Source: a bacterium (GTDB taxonomy: Bacteria; Electryoneota; Electryoneia; Electryoneales; Electryoneaceae). Taken from it: a DNA stretch of 64,000 nt. The notes under the pieces are model-generated. The model saw only the letters and a list, made by a program, of their open reading frames with translations. It was not told the origin of the DNA and made no database searches. Position numbers and translations under genes: made by a program. Of this stretch, positions 37,033 through 47,187 are shown piece by piece. The number at the start of each line of letters is the position of its first letter. Position 1 is the first letter of the stretch. Location of the stretch: contig CAXXKJ010000002.1 of assembly GCA_963675295.2 (NCBI GenBank), positions 2,816,001 to 2,880,000 on the forward strand, written 5' to 3'.

Positions 37033-38157
37033 TCACCAATTCCATTCTTCGTCGTCCTTCGTGCGCGGGGGTGGTTCAATTCCGGGGTAGTAGGGTTCGC
37101 CGAGCCGGTATTCGACGAGGTTGCCGTCGATCGTGCCGACCGGAATCTTGGTGCTCATGCGGACCGGGATCCGGCGCTCGTCATCGGTGATCCAGACAAA
37201 CACCCGCCCGGCTTTCTTGAACAGACCTTCCGATGTGATCACCGGTTCTACCTTGATGCAGTGAAACTCTCCCGCCGGGACTTTGATAGTCTCTTTTTCG
37301 TAAACCTTGACTGTCAACGGATACTGCACGTCGAGGTCGTGCACCGGGATCACCAGTTCGGTGTTTTCCTCGAGATCCTGCGCCCGGACCCAGAACAGCG
37401 CAGAAATGATGTTGTGCGTGTACGGCAGGGCTGGTGTGATTCCCTTTGGACCGTTTTCGTTGGAGATCGCGACCCAGCCGGTGTCGTGGTTGTAATCGAA
37501 ATATTTGCGGCTATGGTAGGAACCTTCATTGATGTTACGTTCGTAGCGCTGCGAGTAGAGGCCGCCGACGTCGAACCAGGATTCGACGTAATCCCGCACC
37601 TTGTAGATAAAGTCAATCCCTTTGGTACTCTTCACCCGGCTTGAGAAATGGTAGGCTGGTCGGCCCTCCACGTCCTCCACCCCGACCAGCGACATCTCGC
37701 TCATGCCGGCCTTGACGAAGGAAAACTCCATGTAGTACCGCAGCCTTTCGCCGACCCCGAATGGAACGTCGTACACCGATCCGTCCGGCGCGTCGAACGC
37801 TTCCACACCTCCGCCCGGCTTCGCGCGGTAAGCGACCGGAATCGAACCTGGTTGAACTGCGAAAGTATCCGGTTCAGCAATCAGGGTATCGGCTGCGATG
37901 ACGACGGTATCCTGTACGACGGCCATCGTGTCTACCGGGACAACCACGGTGTCCAGTGCGACGGTCAGCGTATCCGACTCAAGCAGCAGGCTGTCAGGGG
38001 TTGCGGCGAGTGTATCCGTCGTGTCCGGCGTGGGCCGTTTCTCCGGCGGTGCCCCGGCCAGCGACAACGAACTGAGCGCCACAGCGACGGCAAACACCGT
38101 CACGGCGGCAACATGGCGAAGGAAACGCGCGGTTTTCGGGTCGAGAGATTTCGTCAT
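37033..38157 (-). CDS. exported DUF3108-domain protein with N-terminal D-[ST]-x repeat linker
   Basis: PFGVGERLRY, YKVRD, ETIKVPAGEFHC, WITDDERRIPV. Confidence 0.85.
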   Translation of the reverse strand: MTKSLDPKTARFLRHVAAVTVFAVAVALSSLSLAGAPPEKRPTPDTTDTLAATPDSLLLESDTLTVALDTVVVPVDTMAVVQDTVVIAADTLIAEPDTFAVQPGSIPVAYRAKPGGGVEAFDAPDGSVYDVPFGVGERLRYYMEFSFVKAGMSEMSLVGVEDVEGRPAYHFSSRVKSTKGIDFIYKVRDYVESWFDVGGLYSQRYERNINEGSYHSRKYFDYNHDTGWVAISNENGPKGITPALPYTHNIISALFWVRAQDLEENTELVIPVHDLDVQYPLTVKVYEKETIKVPAGEFHCIKVEPVITSEGLFKKAGRVFVWITDDERRIPVRMSTKIPVGTIDGNLVEYRLGEPYYPGIEPPPRTKDDEEWNW

Positions 38158-38181
38158 AGCACTGGGTACACTCGCGCTCGG

Positions 38182-39594
38182 CTACTTGCGTTTCCACCGG
38201 GTGCCGTCCGCTCCATCCTTCAGTTCGATGCCTTCGGCGGCGAGCTGATCACGGATTTCGTCGGCACGCGCCCAGTTCTTGTCGGCACGGGCCTGCCAGC
38301 GTTCGGCGACCAGCGCGTCGATGCGCTCCGCGTCCGGATCGGCCGATTCTTCACCAAACGGTTTGAACAGGCTCAGCGCGTGATCGAAGCTGTCCCACAG
38401 TTCTCTTAGCTTCGGCACCAGCCCTTGAGCAGCACGGCCTTCGTGATGCAAAGCGTTGATTTCACGGATCAGGGTAAACGCATGCGCCAGCGCTCCGCTG
38501 ACGTTGAGGTCGTCATCCATCGCGGCGACGAACCCGGTCTTCGCGCGTTCGATGGCCTCGAGTGCTTCCGGCACCGCTTCACCGTCCGGGTAGCTGGCCC
38601 AGCTGGTCTGGAATTCGTCGATCCGTTCAATCGCGGAACGTGCTGCCTTCAGCCCGTCGAAGGTGAAGTTCAGCTTGCTGCGGTAATGCGTTGCCGCCAA
38701 CACGTAGCGGATTTCACGCGGACTGTAGCCCATCTCGATGATGTCGCGGAGCGTGTAGAAGTTGCCCAGCGACTTGCTCATCTTGCGGCCTTCGATGATC
38801 AGGTGCTCGTTGTGCAGCCACCAGTGCGCGAAGTCGCCGCCGATGCCGCACAGGCTCTGCGCGATCTCGTTTTCGTGATGCGGAAACACGAGATCGACAC
38901 CGCCGGTATGGATGTCGAAATCGTGGCCGAGGTATTTCGTCGACATTGCTGAGCATTCGAGGTGCCAGCCGGGGCGACCCTTGCCGAACGGCGTCTCCCA
39001 GAACACGTCACCGTCTGCGTCGTCGTACGCTTTCCACAATGCGAAATCACGGACATCATCCTTGGATTCGTACTCGTCGGACGACACGCGTTCGCCAATA
39101 CGCAGATCTTCCAGGCGTTTGCCGGAAAGGGTGCCGTAGTTGGCGAAGCTGCTGACGGAGAAATAGATCGAGCCATCGTCCGCTTTGTACGCATGACCAC
39201 TTTCGAGCAGGTTCTGCACCAGTTCGACCATGACATCGATGTGCGTCGTCGCTTCCGGGTAGACATGGGCGCGCTGAATGTTCAGCGTGTCAATGTCCGC
39301 AAAAAACGCTTCCCGATACCGCGCGGTATAGTCGTTGAGCGGTACCTCCTCCTCCTGGCTGCGGCGGATGGTCTTGTCGTCCACATCGGTCAGGTTCATC
39401 ACCTGCAGCACGTCGTAGCCTGTCACTTCCAGCCAGCGGCGCAGGATATCGGTAAAGATATACGAACGGAAATTGCCGATGTGGGCAAAGTCGTAGATCG
39501 TCGGACCGCAATTGTAGACGCCGACCTTGCCATCATGCAGCGGGGTGAACGGGAGTTTTTTCCGGCGACGGGTATCAAAAAACTGCAGGCTCAT
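38182..39594 (-). CDS. cysS: cysteine--tRNA ligase
   Basis: CGPTIY, HIGN, GRPGWHLECSAM, FPHHENE, KMSKS. Confidence 0.98.
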   Translation of the reverse strand: MSLQFFDTRRRKKLPFTPLHDGKVGVYNCGPTIYDFAHIGNFRSYIFTDILRRWLEVTGYDVLQVMNLTDVDDKTIRRSQEEEVPLNDYTARYREAFFADIDTLNIQRAHVYPEATTHIDVMVELVQNLLESGHAYKADDGSIYFSVSSFANYGTLSGKRLEDLRIGERVSSDEYESKDDVRDFALWKAYDDADGDVFWETPFGKGRPGWHLECSAMSTKYLGHDFDIHTGGVDLVFPHHENEIAQSLCGIGGDFAHWWLHNEHLIIEGRKMSKSLGNFYTLRDIIEMGYSPREIRYVLAATHYRSKLNFTFDGLKAARSAIERIDEFQTSWASYPDGEAVPEALEAIERAKTGFVAAMDDDLNVSGALAHAFTLIREINALHHEGRAAQGLVPKLRELWDSFDHALSLFKPFGEESADPDAERIDALVAERWQARADKNWARADEIRDQLAAEGIELKDGADGTRWKRK

Positions 39595-39601
39595 GAGTCA
39601 A

Positions 39602-40234
39602 TCAGGTTGTTTGCGCTTGCTGCCGCTTCAATTTCAGGTAGACGGCAAGATAGTCAACGCTGGAGAGTAGCAACAGGGCAAACGCCAACCACGGGAGCGT
39701 GAGCACCAGCCACGCCGGCAGCCAGTCCGCGACCAGCTGCGCCAGCAAAGTTGACGAAACGACAAACATCGTCGTCTTGCCGATCCAGCGGCTGGTAAAC
39801 AGATGGCGGTTCTTGCGCAGCACGCGAATTGCGAGGCCGAGGATGGTAGCGTCACGGATCACCATCGCAATCAGCACCGCGATCGGAAAGTCATACGGGC
39901 GGTCAGTAAACACCAGCACCACCGCCACAGAGACGACGACCAGCTTGTCGATCACCGGGTCGAGGATCTTGCCGAGGTCAGAGCGCTGGTCGAGGGCACG
40001 TGCGACGATGCCGTCGAGACCATCCGTGAGGAACGAGAGTACGAGCAGCAGGGCCGCGAGGTGATCCGTTTTCGGGCCGTCGGAGTCGATCAACATCACG
40101 ATGGCCGGAAGGGCAAAAACAAGACGCACGAGCGAGAGCAGGTTCGGGAGCAGAAACCAGTCCCGTGCCTGGATGTGCAGGCCCGCGCTGTCAGGTGCGG
40201 ATTCCGTAACCGTTTCTTGAGTGGAACGGTTCAT
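39602..40234 (-). CDS. CDP-alcohol phosphatidyltransferase (PgsA-like)
   Basis: PNLLSLVR, TDGLDGIVAR...SDLGKILDPVIDK. Confidence 0.92.
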   Translation of the reverse strand: MNRSTQETVTESAPDSAGLHIQARDWFLLPNLLSLVRLVFALPAIVMLIDSDGPKTDHLAALLLVLSFLTDGLDGIVARALDQRSDLGKILDPVIDKLVVVSVAVVLVFTDRPYDFPIAVLIAMVIRDATILGLAIRVLRKNRHLFTSRWIGKTTMFVVSSTLLAQLVADWLPAWLVLTLPWLAFALLLLSSVDYLAVYLKLKRQQAQTT

Positions 40235-40248
40235 TCACCAGCCTGGGT

Positions 40249-41919
40249 TTATCGCGATATCACCTCGAACACTTTCATGCCTTCGAGGGTCTGTCCATAT
40301 TGATCAATTGCGGTGACGACCACCGTGTGCGGTCCCGGCCGCAATCCGTCTGGCAGACTAGCAGTCCAGATGTGTGAGGAAACCAGGTTGCCCCAGTATC
40401 GCCATTTCCGCTCGACCTGCGCCTGCTTCAAGCGTTCGGCTGCCTCCATAAAATACGGGTCCAAACGGACGTTGCGTTGCATCGTGACCGGTTCGCCGCC
40501 ATCAACGCGCATCGTCACCCGCGCCTTTTCCCCACCGTTGAACACATTGGCGACCACCGTTGCCTGTTCCACCTGACCTTGAAGCAGAACGTTCCCCGGT
40601 TCGCCAGCCATCTGGTACATCGAATCCGGTAATACTTCACCTGTTGCCGGCTCGATCAGGACACGAACCTGATAGTCTTCGTCCATGCTCGCCGGAATGA
40701 AACGGCTCGAATAGTCTGTGCCATCAAAGGTAAAGATATGATAGCCGTTTTCGGTACCATCCCGCATCGTCGTCGCCGGGATTCCGCGTTCATCCAGCGG
40801 CCCCCGCCACCACGAACCGGACACGGTACCGAGGATGTGCTGATGTAGCGGTTTCTCGCCATGCCAACCATCTTCCTCGCCGATATAGACGTGGTCGTTG
40901 GTATGCGTGTGACCGGCGAGCAACAGCAGATACTTCCGTCCCTCGAGCAGCTTGAACAACGCTTCACGGTTGACCGTGTTGACGCTCTCATCGTCTTCGT
41001 GAAACGCCTTGATCGGAATGTGTGTCGACAGGACGATCAGCTTGTCTTTCGGCACGTGCTTGAGGTCATTCTCCAGCCATGACAACTGTTCCGGGTTGAA
41101 GTAGCCGTAATACTTGCTTCCGCCTTCCGGTTTTTCATAGTCGGCACCACGGTAGTGCACGTTTTCCAGCGTCACGAAGTGGACATCGGCGTAATTATGG
41201 GAATAGTAAGTCGGTCCGAAGATACGACGGAAGGTTTCCATCGACTCGTAGTCATTCTTGGAACGCTGGTTCATGTCGTGGTTGCCCGGCACGTTCCACA
41301 CAGGCACCCCGATCTGCGCGAACAGTTCATTCTGCCGGTCGAACAGCGAGAGGTCGTCGAACATGATATCGCCGTGCACGATTGCCATCTCCGCCTCAGT
41401 GTTCACCATCTGCGGCAGGACATCGTCACGGATGTAGTCGATCTCACGGTTGTCCCGAGGCTGCGGATCAGCCATCGCGATCATGCGGAACGGGTTCCTG
41501 TGTTCTTCCTTCAACAGGGGGAAATCAACAGACTCGGGAAGCGGGCCGGTGGGCTGCAGGACTTCGTATTTCCAGTTGACATCGGAGGAGCTGCCGTCCT
41601 CATCATGGACGTAGAAGAATTGCGGCAGCTGGTGTTCGTTCACCGGTACCCGGTATCCCTCGGGCTGAGTGACGAACACGACCATCTCGCGGCGTGCAGG
41701 AAGACGGTAGTGTCCCTCGCTGTCCGTGACGACGACATCGATCTGGTTCGAGACGAGCACATTTTCGATGCCCGGCTCGCCGTTGTCGCGAACGCTGTTT
41801 CCGTTTCGATCCTCAAACACGACGCCGGACACGAACTGGACCTGTCCGAAGCAGGTAGCCACCAGCATCAGGATGGAAAGAACCGTCAAGTTGATCAAAC
41901 TCTGCGTGGATTTGCGCAC
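40249..41919 (-). CDS. secreted calcineurin-like metallophosphoesterase
   Basis: N-terminal GVVFEDRNGN...GEPG domain; ADPQ, HGDI, PGNHD, STHIP, AGHTH, SGSWW motifs. Confidence 0.9.
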   Translation of the reverse strand: MRKSTQSLINLTVLSILMLVATCFGQVQFVSGVVFEDRNGNSVRDNGEPGIENVLVSNQIDVVVTDSEGHYRLPARREMVVFVTQPEGYRVPVNEHQLPQFFYVHDEDGSSSDVNWKYEVLQPTGPLPESVDFPLLKEEHRNPFRMIAMADPQPRDNREIDYIRDDVLPQMVNTEAEMAIVHGDIMFDDLSLFDRQNELFAQIGVPVWNVPGNHDMNQRSKNDYESMETFRRIFGPTYYSHNYADVHFVTLENVHYRGADYEKPEGGSKYYGYFNPEQLSWLENDLKHVPKDKLIVLSTHIPIKAFHEDDESVNTVNREALFKLLEGRKYLLLLAGHTHTNDHVYIGEEDGWHGEKPLHQHILGTVSGSWWRGPLDERGIPATTMRDGTENGYHIFTFDGTDYSSRFIPASMDEDYQVRVLIEPATGEVLPDSMYQMAGEPGNVLLQGQVEQATVVANVFNGGEKARVTMRVDGGEPVTMQRNVRLDPYFMEAAERLKQAQVERKWRYWGNLVSSHIWTASLPDGLRPGPHTVVVTAIDQYGQTLEGMKVFEVISR

Positions 41920-41977
41920 GTCGAGCCTCCCTCGTTCGCTCAGGTGTTCGTTGGCCCCGCAAGTTTGAATCTACGGA

Positions 41978-43411
41978 TCAGCTTGTTTCATCTCCGTTAG
42001 CATTCTTGTACCGCAATTTGCTCCCGGATTCCTCGTCGTCCATGACCGGAATCGGATACTCGCCGGTGAAACAGGCGGTGCAATAACCAACCCCATCCGA
42101 ATGCGGAACACTCGCAAGCAGACCTTCAACAGACAAGTATCCGAGGCTGTCGACTCCAATATGTTGACGGATATCTTCCTCGGATTTACCGTTCGCGATC
42201 AACTCGGATTTGGACGGAAAGTCCATGCCATAGTAGCACGGGAACCGGATCGGTGGGCTGGAAACGCGGACGTGCAGCTCCTTCGCGCCCGCCTTGCGCA
42301 ACAGGGTTGCCAGTTTCTTCAGAGTGGTCCCACGCACGATGCTGTCCTCGACGACCACCACCTTGCGATCCTTGAGCACACCACCGACCGGGTTGAACTT
42401 GAGCCGGACACCCATCTCACGCATGGTCTGCGTCGGCTGAATGAAGGTGCGGCCGACGTAGTGGTTCCGGATCAGGCCCATCTCGAACCTGGTTCCGGAC
42501 CGGCTGGCGTACCCGAGCGCGGCGGTGTTCGAACTGTCAGGCACGGAGATGACGATGTCGGCGTCCTCGACCGGATGTTCCTCGCTCAGGTTCTTCCCCA
42601 TCCGGCGGCGGTACTTGTCGATGTATTCGCCAGCGACGCGGCTGTCCGGACGGCTGAAGTAGACGTGTTCGAAGATGCAGTGATAGGTGCGTTTCGGCTC
42701 GGCAAAGCGGATGACTTTCATCCCATTACCGTTCATCACGACCATCTCGCCCGGATTCACGTCCTGAACGTATTCATAGCCGAGCAGGTCAAACGCACAG
42801 GTTTCGGACGCTACCCCCCACGCATCTCCCTTGCGGCCGATGCAGAGCGGACGCCAGCCGTATGGATCGCGCGCGGCGTACAGCGCGTGGTCGGAAAGGA
42901 CGGTGATTGAGTACGCACCTTCTACCTTTTGGATTGCTTCGAGCAGCTTGTCGCGCACCATGTTGTGCTTCGAGCGCGCCATCAGGTGCACGATGATTTC
43001 GCTGTCAGTGGTGCTGTGGAAGATGGCCCCGTCTTCCTGCAATTGACGGCGGATCTTCTGCGTGTTGACGAGATTTCCATTGTGTGCGATGGCGACGGGG
43101 CCGTCACGAAGTTCCGCCACCAGCGGCTGAATGTTGTACTGGCTCGAAGATCCGGTGGTCGAATAACGGTTATGCCCGACGGCGGAACGTCCCTTCAGCT
43201 TCTGCAGTGTGTCCGGCCCACTGAAGACCTGCGTCAGCGTGCCCATGCCGAAGTGACGGTAAAAGCGACCATCATCCGCGCTGACAATCCCCGCCGATTC
43301 CTGCCCGCGGTGCTGCAGTGAGTACAACCCGTGGAACACCAGCTCGGCGGCGTTGTCATCGTTCCAGATCCCCATTACGCCACAATTGTGACGCAGCGTC
43401 TCAGCAGCCAT
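41978..43411 (-). CDS. purF: amidophosphoribosyltransferase
   Basis: Short propeptide then CGVMG, LQHRGQE, HNRYST, VPDSS, VEDSIVRGTT, PCYYGMD, C-terminal CTACF. Confidence 0.97.
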   Translation of the reverse strand: MAAETLRHNCGVMGIWNDDNAAELVFHGLYSLQHRGQESAGIVSADDGRFYRHFGMGTLTQVFSGPDTLQKLKGRSAVGHNRYSTTGSSSQYNIQPLVAELRDGPVAIAHNGNLVNTQKIRRQLQEDGAIFHSTTDSEIIVHLMARSKHNMVRDKLLEAIQKVEGAYSITVLSDHALYAARDPYGWRPLCIGRKGDAWGVASETCAFDLLGYEYVQDVNPGEMVVMNGNGMKVIRFAEPKRTYHCIFEHVYFSRPDSRVAGEYIDKYRRRMGKNLSEEHPVEDADIVISVPDSSNTAALGYASRSGTRFEMGLIRNHYVGRTFIQPTQTMREMGVRLKFNPVGGVLKDRKVVVVEDSIVRGTTLKKLATLLRKAGAKELHVRVSSPPIRFPCYYGMDFPSKSELIANGKSEEDIRQHIGVDSLGYLSVEGLLASVPHSDGVGYCTACFTGEYPIPVMDDEESGSKLRYKNANGDETS

Positions 43412-43495
43412 CGAATCATCCTTTGAAACACAAACGCCGGGTGGTGGAAGAAACACCGCCCGACGTGAACCGTATTCTCTATCAGGTCACAGAGT

Positions 43496-44896
43496 TCAGC
43501 CGATCAGACGTGCCGGGCGTTCCCGTTCCTTGTCGATCTCGGCCTTGACACTCTCGTAACCGGAGCGTCCCATCAGGGCGTACGTCGCAACCTTGCCCGC
43601 CTCAACCCCCGGCTGATCAAGCGGATTGACCTCATACAGCCCACCGGCGACCAGCGTCGCGGCTTCCAGAATGTACAGGAATCCACCAACCGTATCCGGC
43701 GCAACCTCCTCAAACACGAACGCCATGTTCGGCCGGTGCGCAGCGGTCAACGCACGCTGCGTCGCTTCCGCCTCGTACTTCAACAGCGTGCCCATCTCCT
43801 TGCCGGCGAGATAGTCGATGCTGTCAATATCCGGGTAGTGCTTGCCGATCTTCACCGCGTTGCGGAAGTTCTTCGGCAGCAGCAGGGTGAAGGTCTTGTC
43901 GTACGGACCTTCGACGTACAACTGCACCTGGCTGTGCTGATCAGTCGCCCCCAGCGCTGCGACAGGAGTCGGACCAACGTTGATCGTCTCACCTGTCACC
44001 GACTGCCGCTTGCCCAGCGATTCTGCCCACAACTGGCGGAACCAGTCCGCGACACGGAACAGCGAGTTGGCGTACGGCATCATCACCTGCACGCACTGCT
44101 TGCGCTGAGTTTGCGCGAGGAATTGCAGCAACGCGAACGCCGCGCTCGGGTTGGCGTCAAATTCACGGGCAAACACCTTCTCCCGCTGTTCCGCCGCACC
44201 GCGCAACAGTTCACGAATGTCGATCCCAACCAGCGCCGCCGGCAGCAGACCGACCGGCGTCATCACGCTGAAGCGTCCACCCACAGCCGGCGGAATGGAG
44301 AAGCTCTGGATGCCTTCCTCACGTGCGATCTGACGCAACGCACCCTTGGCCGGATCGGTGACGAAGACGAGGTGTTCGGCGTACTTGTCGCCGACAGACT
44401 CTTTCAGCGCCGTCATCACGGTCATGAACTGGCTCAGCGTTTCCGCCGTCCCACCGGACTTGGTGATGACAACGTAAAGCGTTTCCTTCGGATCGCAGAT
44501 TTCCATCGCCGCGCCGAAGAAATCGGGGTCCGGATTGTCCGGTATGAACAGGCGAGGAGCATCGCGCATCTCGTCCGGACGCACATTCCAGAATGCCGGC
44601 TTCAACGCATCACGCAACGCGATCGGCCCCAGCGCACTGCCGCCGATACCGAGTACCATGACATTGCGGAACTTCTCGCGTGCCTTCGCCGCGAAGCTTT
44701 CTATTGCGGTGACAACGTCTTCACTATCCGGGAGATCGTAAAACGGGAGTTCACCCGCCTTGCGGCGAGCTTCGAGGGTTTGCAGCACCGACTGCACCCG
44801 CGGCCAGTGTTGTTCGATCTCTTCCTGCGTGGCGCCGTGTGGCCCGACGACATCTGCCATCATCCGGGTCACATCCAGTTGCAAACGCGCGCCCAT
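43496..44896 (-). CDS. pgi: glucose-6-phosphate isomerase
   Basis: GIGGSALG, TKSGGTAET, VGGRFSV, QLWAESLGK, DQHSQ, DQPGVEAGK. Confidence 0.96.
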   Translation of the reverse strand: MGARLQLDVTRMMADVVGPHGATQEEIEQHWPRVQSVLQTLEARRKAGELPFYDLPDSEDVVTAIESFAAKAREKFRNVMVLGIGGSALGPIALRDALKPAFWNVRPDEMRDAPRLFIPDNPDPDFFGAAMEICDPKETLYVVITKSGGTAETLSQFMTVMTALKESVGDKYAEHLVFVTDPAKGALRQIAREEGIQSFSIPPAVGGRFSVMTPVGLLPAALVGIDIRELLRGAAEQREKVFAREFDANPSAAFALLQFLAQTQRKQCVQVMMPYANSLFRVADWFRQLWAESLGKRQSVTGETINVGPTPVAALGATDQHSQVQLYVEGPYDKTFTLLLPKNFRNAVKIGKHYPDIDSIDYLAGKEMGTLLKYEAEATQRALTAAHRPNMAFVFEEVAPDTVGGFLYILEAATLVAGGLYEVNPLDQPGVEAGKVATYALMGRSGYESVKAEIDKERERPARLIG

Positions 44897-45031
44897 GGTT
44901 GCCTCAACTGTTGATGATCAAATCCGGCTGCCAGAAGGTACGGCGTCCGGATTCGAGGTTTCGTTTTCGGAGAGCGGAATGTACGCTCAATGAATTCAAA
45001 TCTGAAGGGAGAACTGGCATTGAACTCCCCT

Positions 45032-45619
45032 TTAGAATTCAACCTGCGGCGCGGTCTGAGCTTCTTCCGGTGCTTCGAAGAATTCGCGCGCGTCAAAACC
45101 AAAGATATTTGCGATGATCACGCCCGGGAACTTGCGAATGGTCGCGTTGTATTTCTGCACCGTTTCGTTGTAGCGCTTACGCGCGATCGCGATACGGTTT
45201 TCCGTGCCCGCCAACTCATCCTGCAACGCTCGGAAGTTCTGATCCGACTTCAGTTGCGGGTAGTTTTCGACTACCAGGAGCAGACGCGACAGCGCACCGC
45301 TCAACCCCTGTTCTGCTTCCATCCGTTCGTCCCGAGTGCCGGCTCCGGCAACCCGTGAGCGTGCTTCGGTCACTCCCAGCAAGACTTCCTTTTCCTGGTC
45401 AGCATAGCCCTTGACCGTATTCACCAGGTTCGGGATCAGGTCATACCGCCGCTGGAGGTTGTTTTCCACGTCCGCCCAGGCGGAATTGGTCATTTCGTCC
45501 AGGTCAACCATCTTGTTGTAGGTGCCCTGCACAAACGAGTAATTGAACGCAATAAACAGGAACAGGATCGCAAACCCGAGCAGGATACCGATCCGCTTTT
45601 TTCTCGACTCTTCGTTCAT
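45032..45619 (-). CDS. lemA: LemA family protein
   Basis: N-terminal TM, QRRYDLIPNLV, ENYPQLKS, GTENRIAIARKRYN. Confidence 0.96.
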   Translation of the reverse strand: MNEESRKKRIGILLGFAILFLFIAFNYSFVQGTYNKMVDLDEMTNSAWADVENNLQRRYDLIPNLVNTVKGYADQEKEVLLGVTEARSRVAGAGTRDERMEAEQGLSGALSRLLLVVENYPQLKSDQNFRALQDELAGTENRIAIARKRYNETVQKYNATIRKFPGVIIANIFGFDAREFFEAPEEAQTAPQVEF

Positions 45620-45670
45620 CGTACAATCAATCCTTTATCGATCAGCACAACTGACTGTTTTCAACGGAAG

Positions 45671-46393
45671 TCAATCCACCGTCAACTGGTCGGCGTACAG
45701 CGCCAGTTTGTCCACCTGGGCCAGGGTTTGCTTCAGTAACTGTGTCGCGCCGCTGCGGTTCAGCGTCTTGTCGCCGCTGCGCACCTGCATCAACGCGTCG
45801 AATACGGACGCATCCAGCCCGGCGAGCGTGCATCCCTCCAGCAACACCTGTTTCTTGTCCGCCGGGACCTGTTTGCCGTCAATCACGAGCAATGCCTGAA
45901 AGACCGCGTTCCATGTCGGCACACTCATCGCCAGTAGATCTCGCATACCCGACGTATTGCCGCCCAGTTCCAACGCCGCCTGACGCAACGCTACCCATTT
46001 GCCCTTGATCTCGCGTTCCGCCTGCAATCGAAGGTCTTTCGGCTCGATCTCGATGTTCGCAAGGATATCGTCACCGAACAGCGTCTGGTGGAACAACTTC
46101 ATGTCGAGGAACTCGATCGGGTACGTGTCCAGCGAACTCTCCAGATAGTTACGGGACAGGATCAGCGGAATCGCGTAGCCTTTCTTCACCTTGCGCCGAA
46201 CAAGCCCGGCTGCCTCTTCCCACTTGTCGTAGTCGTGATGCTTGAGGAAGAACAGCAGGTTGATGTCGGAACGCTTCGTCCAGTCACCACGCGCCATGGA
46301 TCCAAACAGGTGAACCGATTCCAGGTTGTCACCCCAGAACCGTTTCCACAGCTCGACCGTTGCTTCAAGTTCCGCTCGAAGTTTATCGTCCAT
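45671..46393 (-). CDS. Pol-beta-like nucleotidyltransferase domain protein with helical C-terminal domain
   Basis: LFGSMARGD...SDINLL motif, DTYPIEFLDM, LRLQAEREIKGK. Confidence 0.85.
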   Translation of the reverse strand: MDDKLRAELEATVELWKRFWGDNLESVHLFGSMARGDWTKRSDINLLFFLKHHDYDKWEEAAGLVRRKVKKGYAIPLILSRNYLESSLDTYPIEFLDMKLFHQTLFGDDILANIEIEPKDLRLQAEREIKGKWVALRQAALELGGNTSGMRDLLAMSVPTWNAVFQALLVIDGKQVPADKKQVLLEGCTLAGLDASVFDALMQVRSGDKTLNRSGATQLLKQTLAQVDKLALYADQLTVD

Positions 46394-46407
46394 CCTGAGA
46401 CTCCGTC

Positions 46408-47187
46408 TTAGAATCCGCGTCCTGCGCCACCACCACCGAAACCACCGCCGCCGAAGCCGCCAAAGCCTCCACCGAATCCTCCACCACCGAACCCACCGCC
46501 TCCGCCCCAGCGTCCACGGTGTCCGCCCATCATGTTGCCGAGCAGCATCCCGAACAGCATCGCCCGGCCGAACCGGGTGGACGACATGATCATGATGAAG
46601 ATGATCATCACGATGATGCCGACAACGCTCGGACCTTCATCCTGGCTCATCTGACGGACACGATACTGCGGCGCGCCGGTCAGTTGCACGTTCGGCGCGG
46701 CACGATCAACAATCGCGACCGCAGTTCCTGCGAACGCTTCCAGGTTGCGGCTTTCTCTAAGCAACGGGATGGTAATTTCATCGAGGATCTGCCCAGCGCG
46801 ACCGTCCGGGATATCCCCTTCGAGGCCGTACCCAGTGGCGAGATAAACTTGCCGGCGACCGTCCGCGCGGCCCGTGCTGTACAACAGCACCGCACCACGA
46901 TCCGTCCCGGCGCTGCCGACGCCCCATTGATGACCGAGCTCGACAGTGTACAGCGAAATGTCCTGTCCTTCCGGGATCGAATCCATCGTCACGAACGCCA
47001 GCTCGATATCGGCCTTCTGCTTGATCTCCAGCGCGAGGGCATCAAGCTGGCGCGCTTCCGAGGAAGACAGCACACGAGCGTAATCGTTCACAAACCCACG
47101 TGGTTCGGGGTATTGTTGCGCGAAGGCAAACGATGCGGTCAGGATCAGGGCAAAAACGACAGCAGTTGTGGCGGAAAGTCGCCTCAT
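46408..47187 (-). CDS. TPM (DUF477/YgcG) domain protein with Gly-rich tail
   Basis: Signal peptide, VNDYARVLS, WGVG...DRGAVL, TGYGLEG, TM, GGFGGFGGGGFGGGGAGRGF tail. Confidence 0.93.
   Translation of the reverse strand: MRRLSATTAVVFALILTASFAFAQQYPEPRGFVNDYARVLSSSEARQLDALALEIKQKADIELAFVTMDSIPEGQDISLYTVELGHQWGVGSAGTDRGAVLLYSTGRADGRRQVYLATGYGLEGDIPDGRAGQILDEITIPLLRESRNLEAFAGTAVAIVDRAAPNVQLTGAPQYRVRQMSQDEGPSVVGIIVMIIFIMIMSSTRFGRAMLFGMLLGNMMGGHRGRWGGGGGFGGGGFGGGFGGFGGGGFGGGGAGRGF

Noticed and set aside
45671-46393. MNT-HEPN toxin-antitoxin or CBASS-type defence nucleotidyltransferase
   Set aside because: No RxxxxH HEPN motif, no effector or toxin neighbour, and the context is lemA/TPM.
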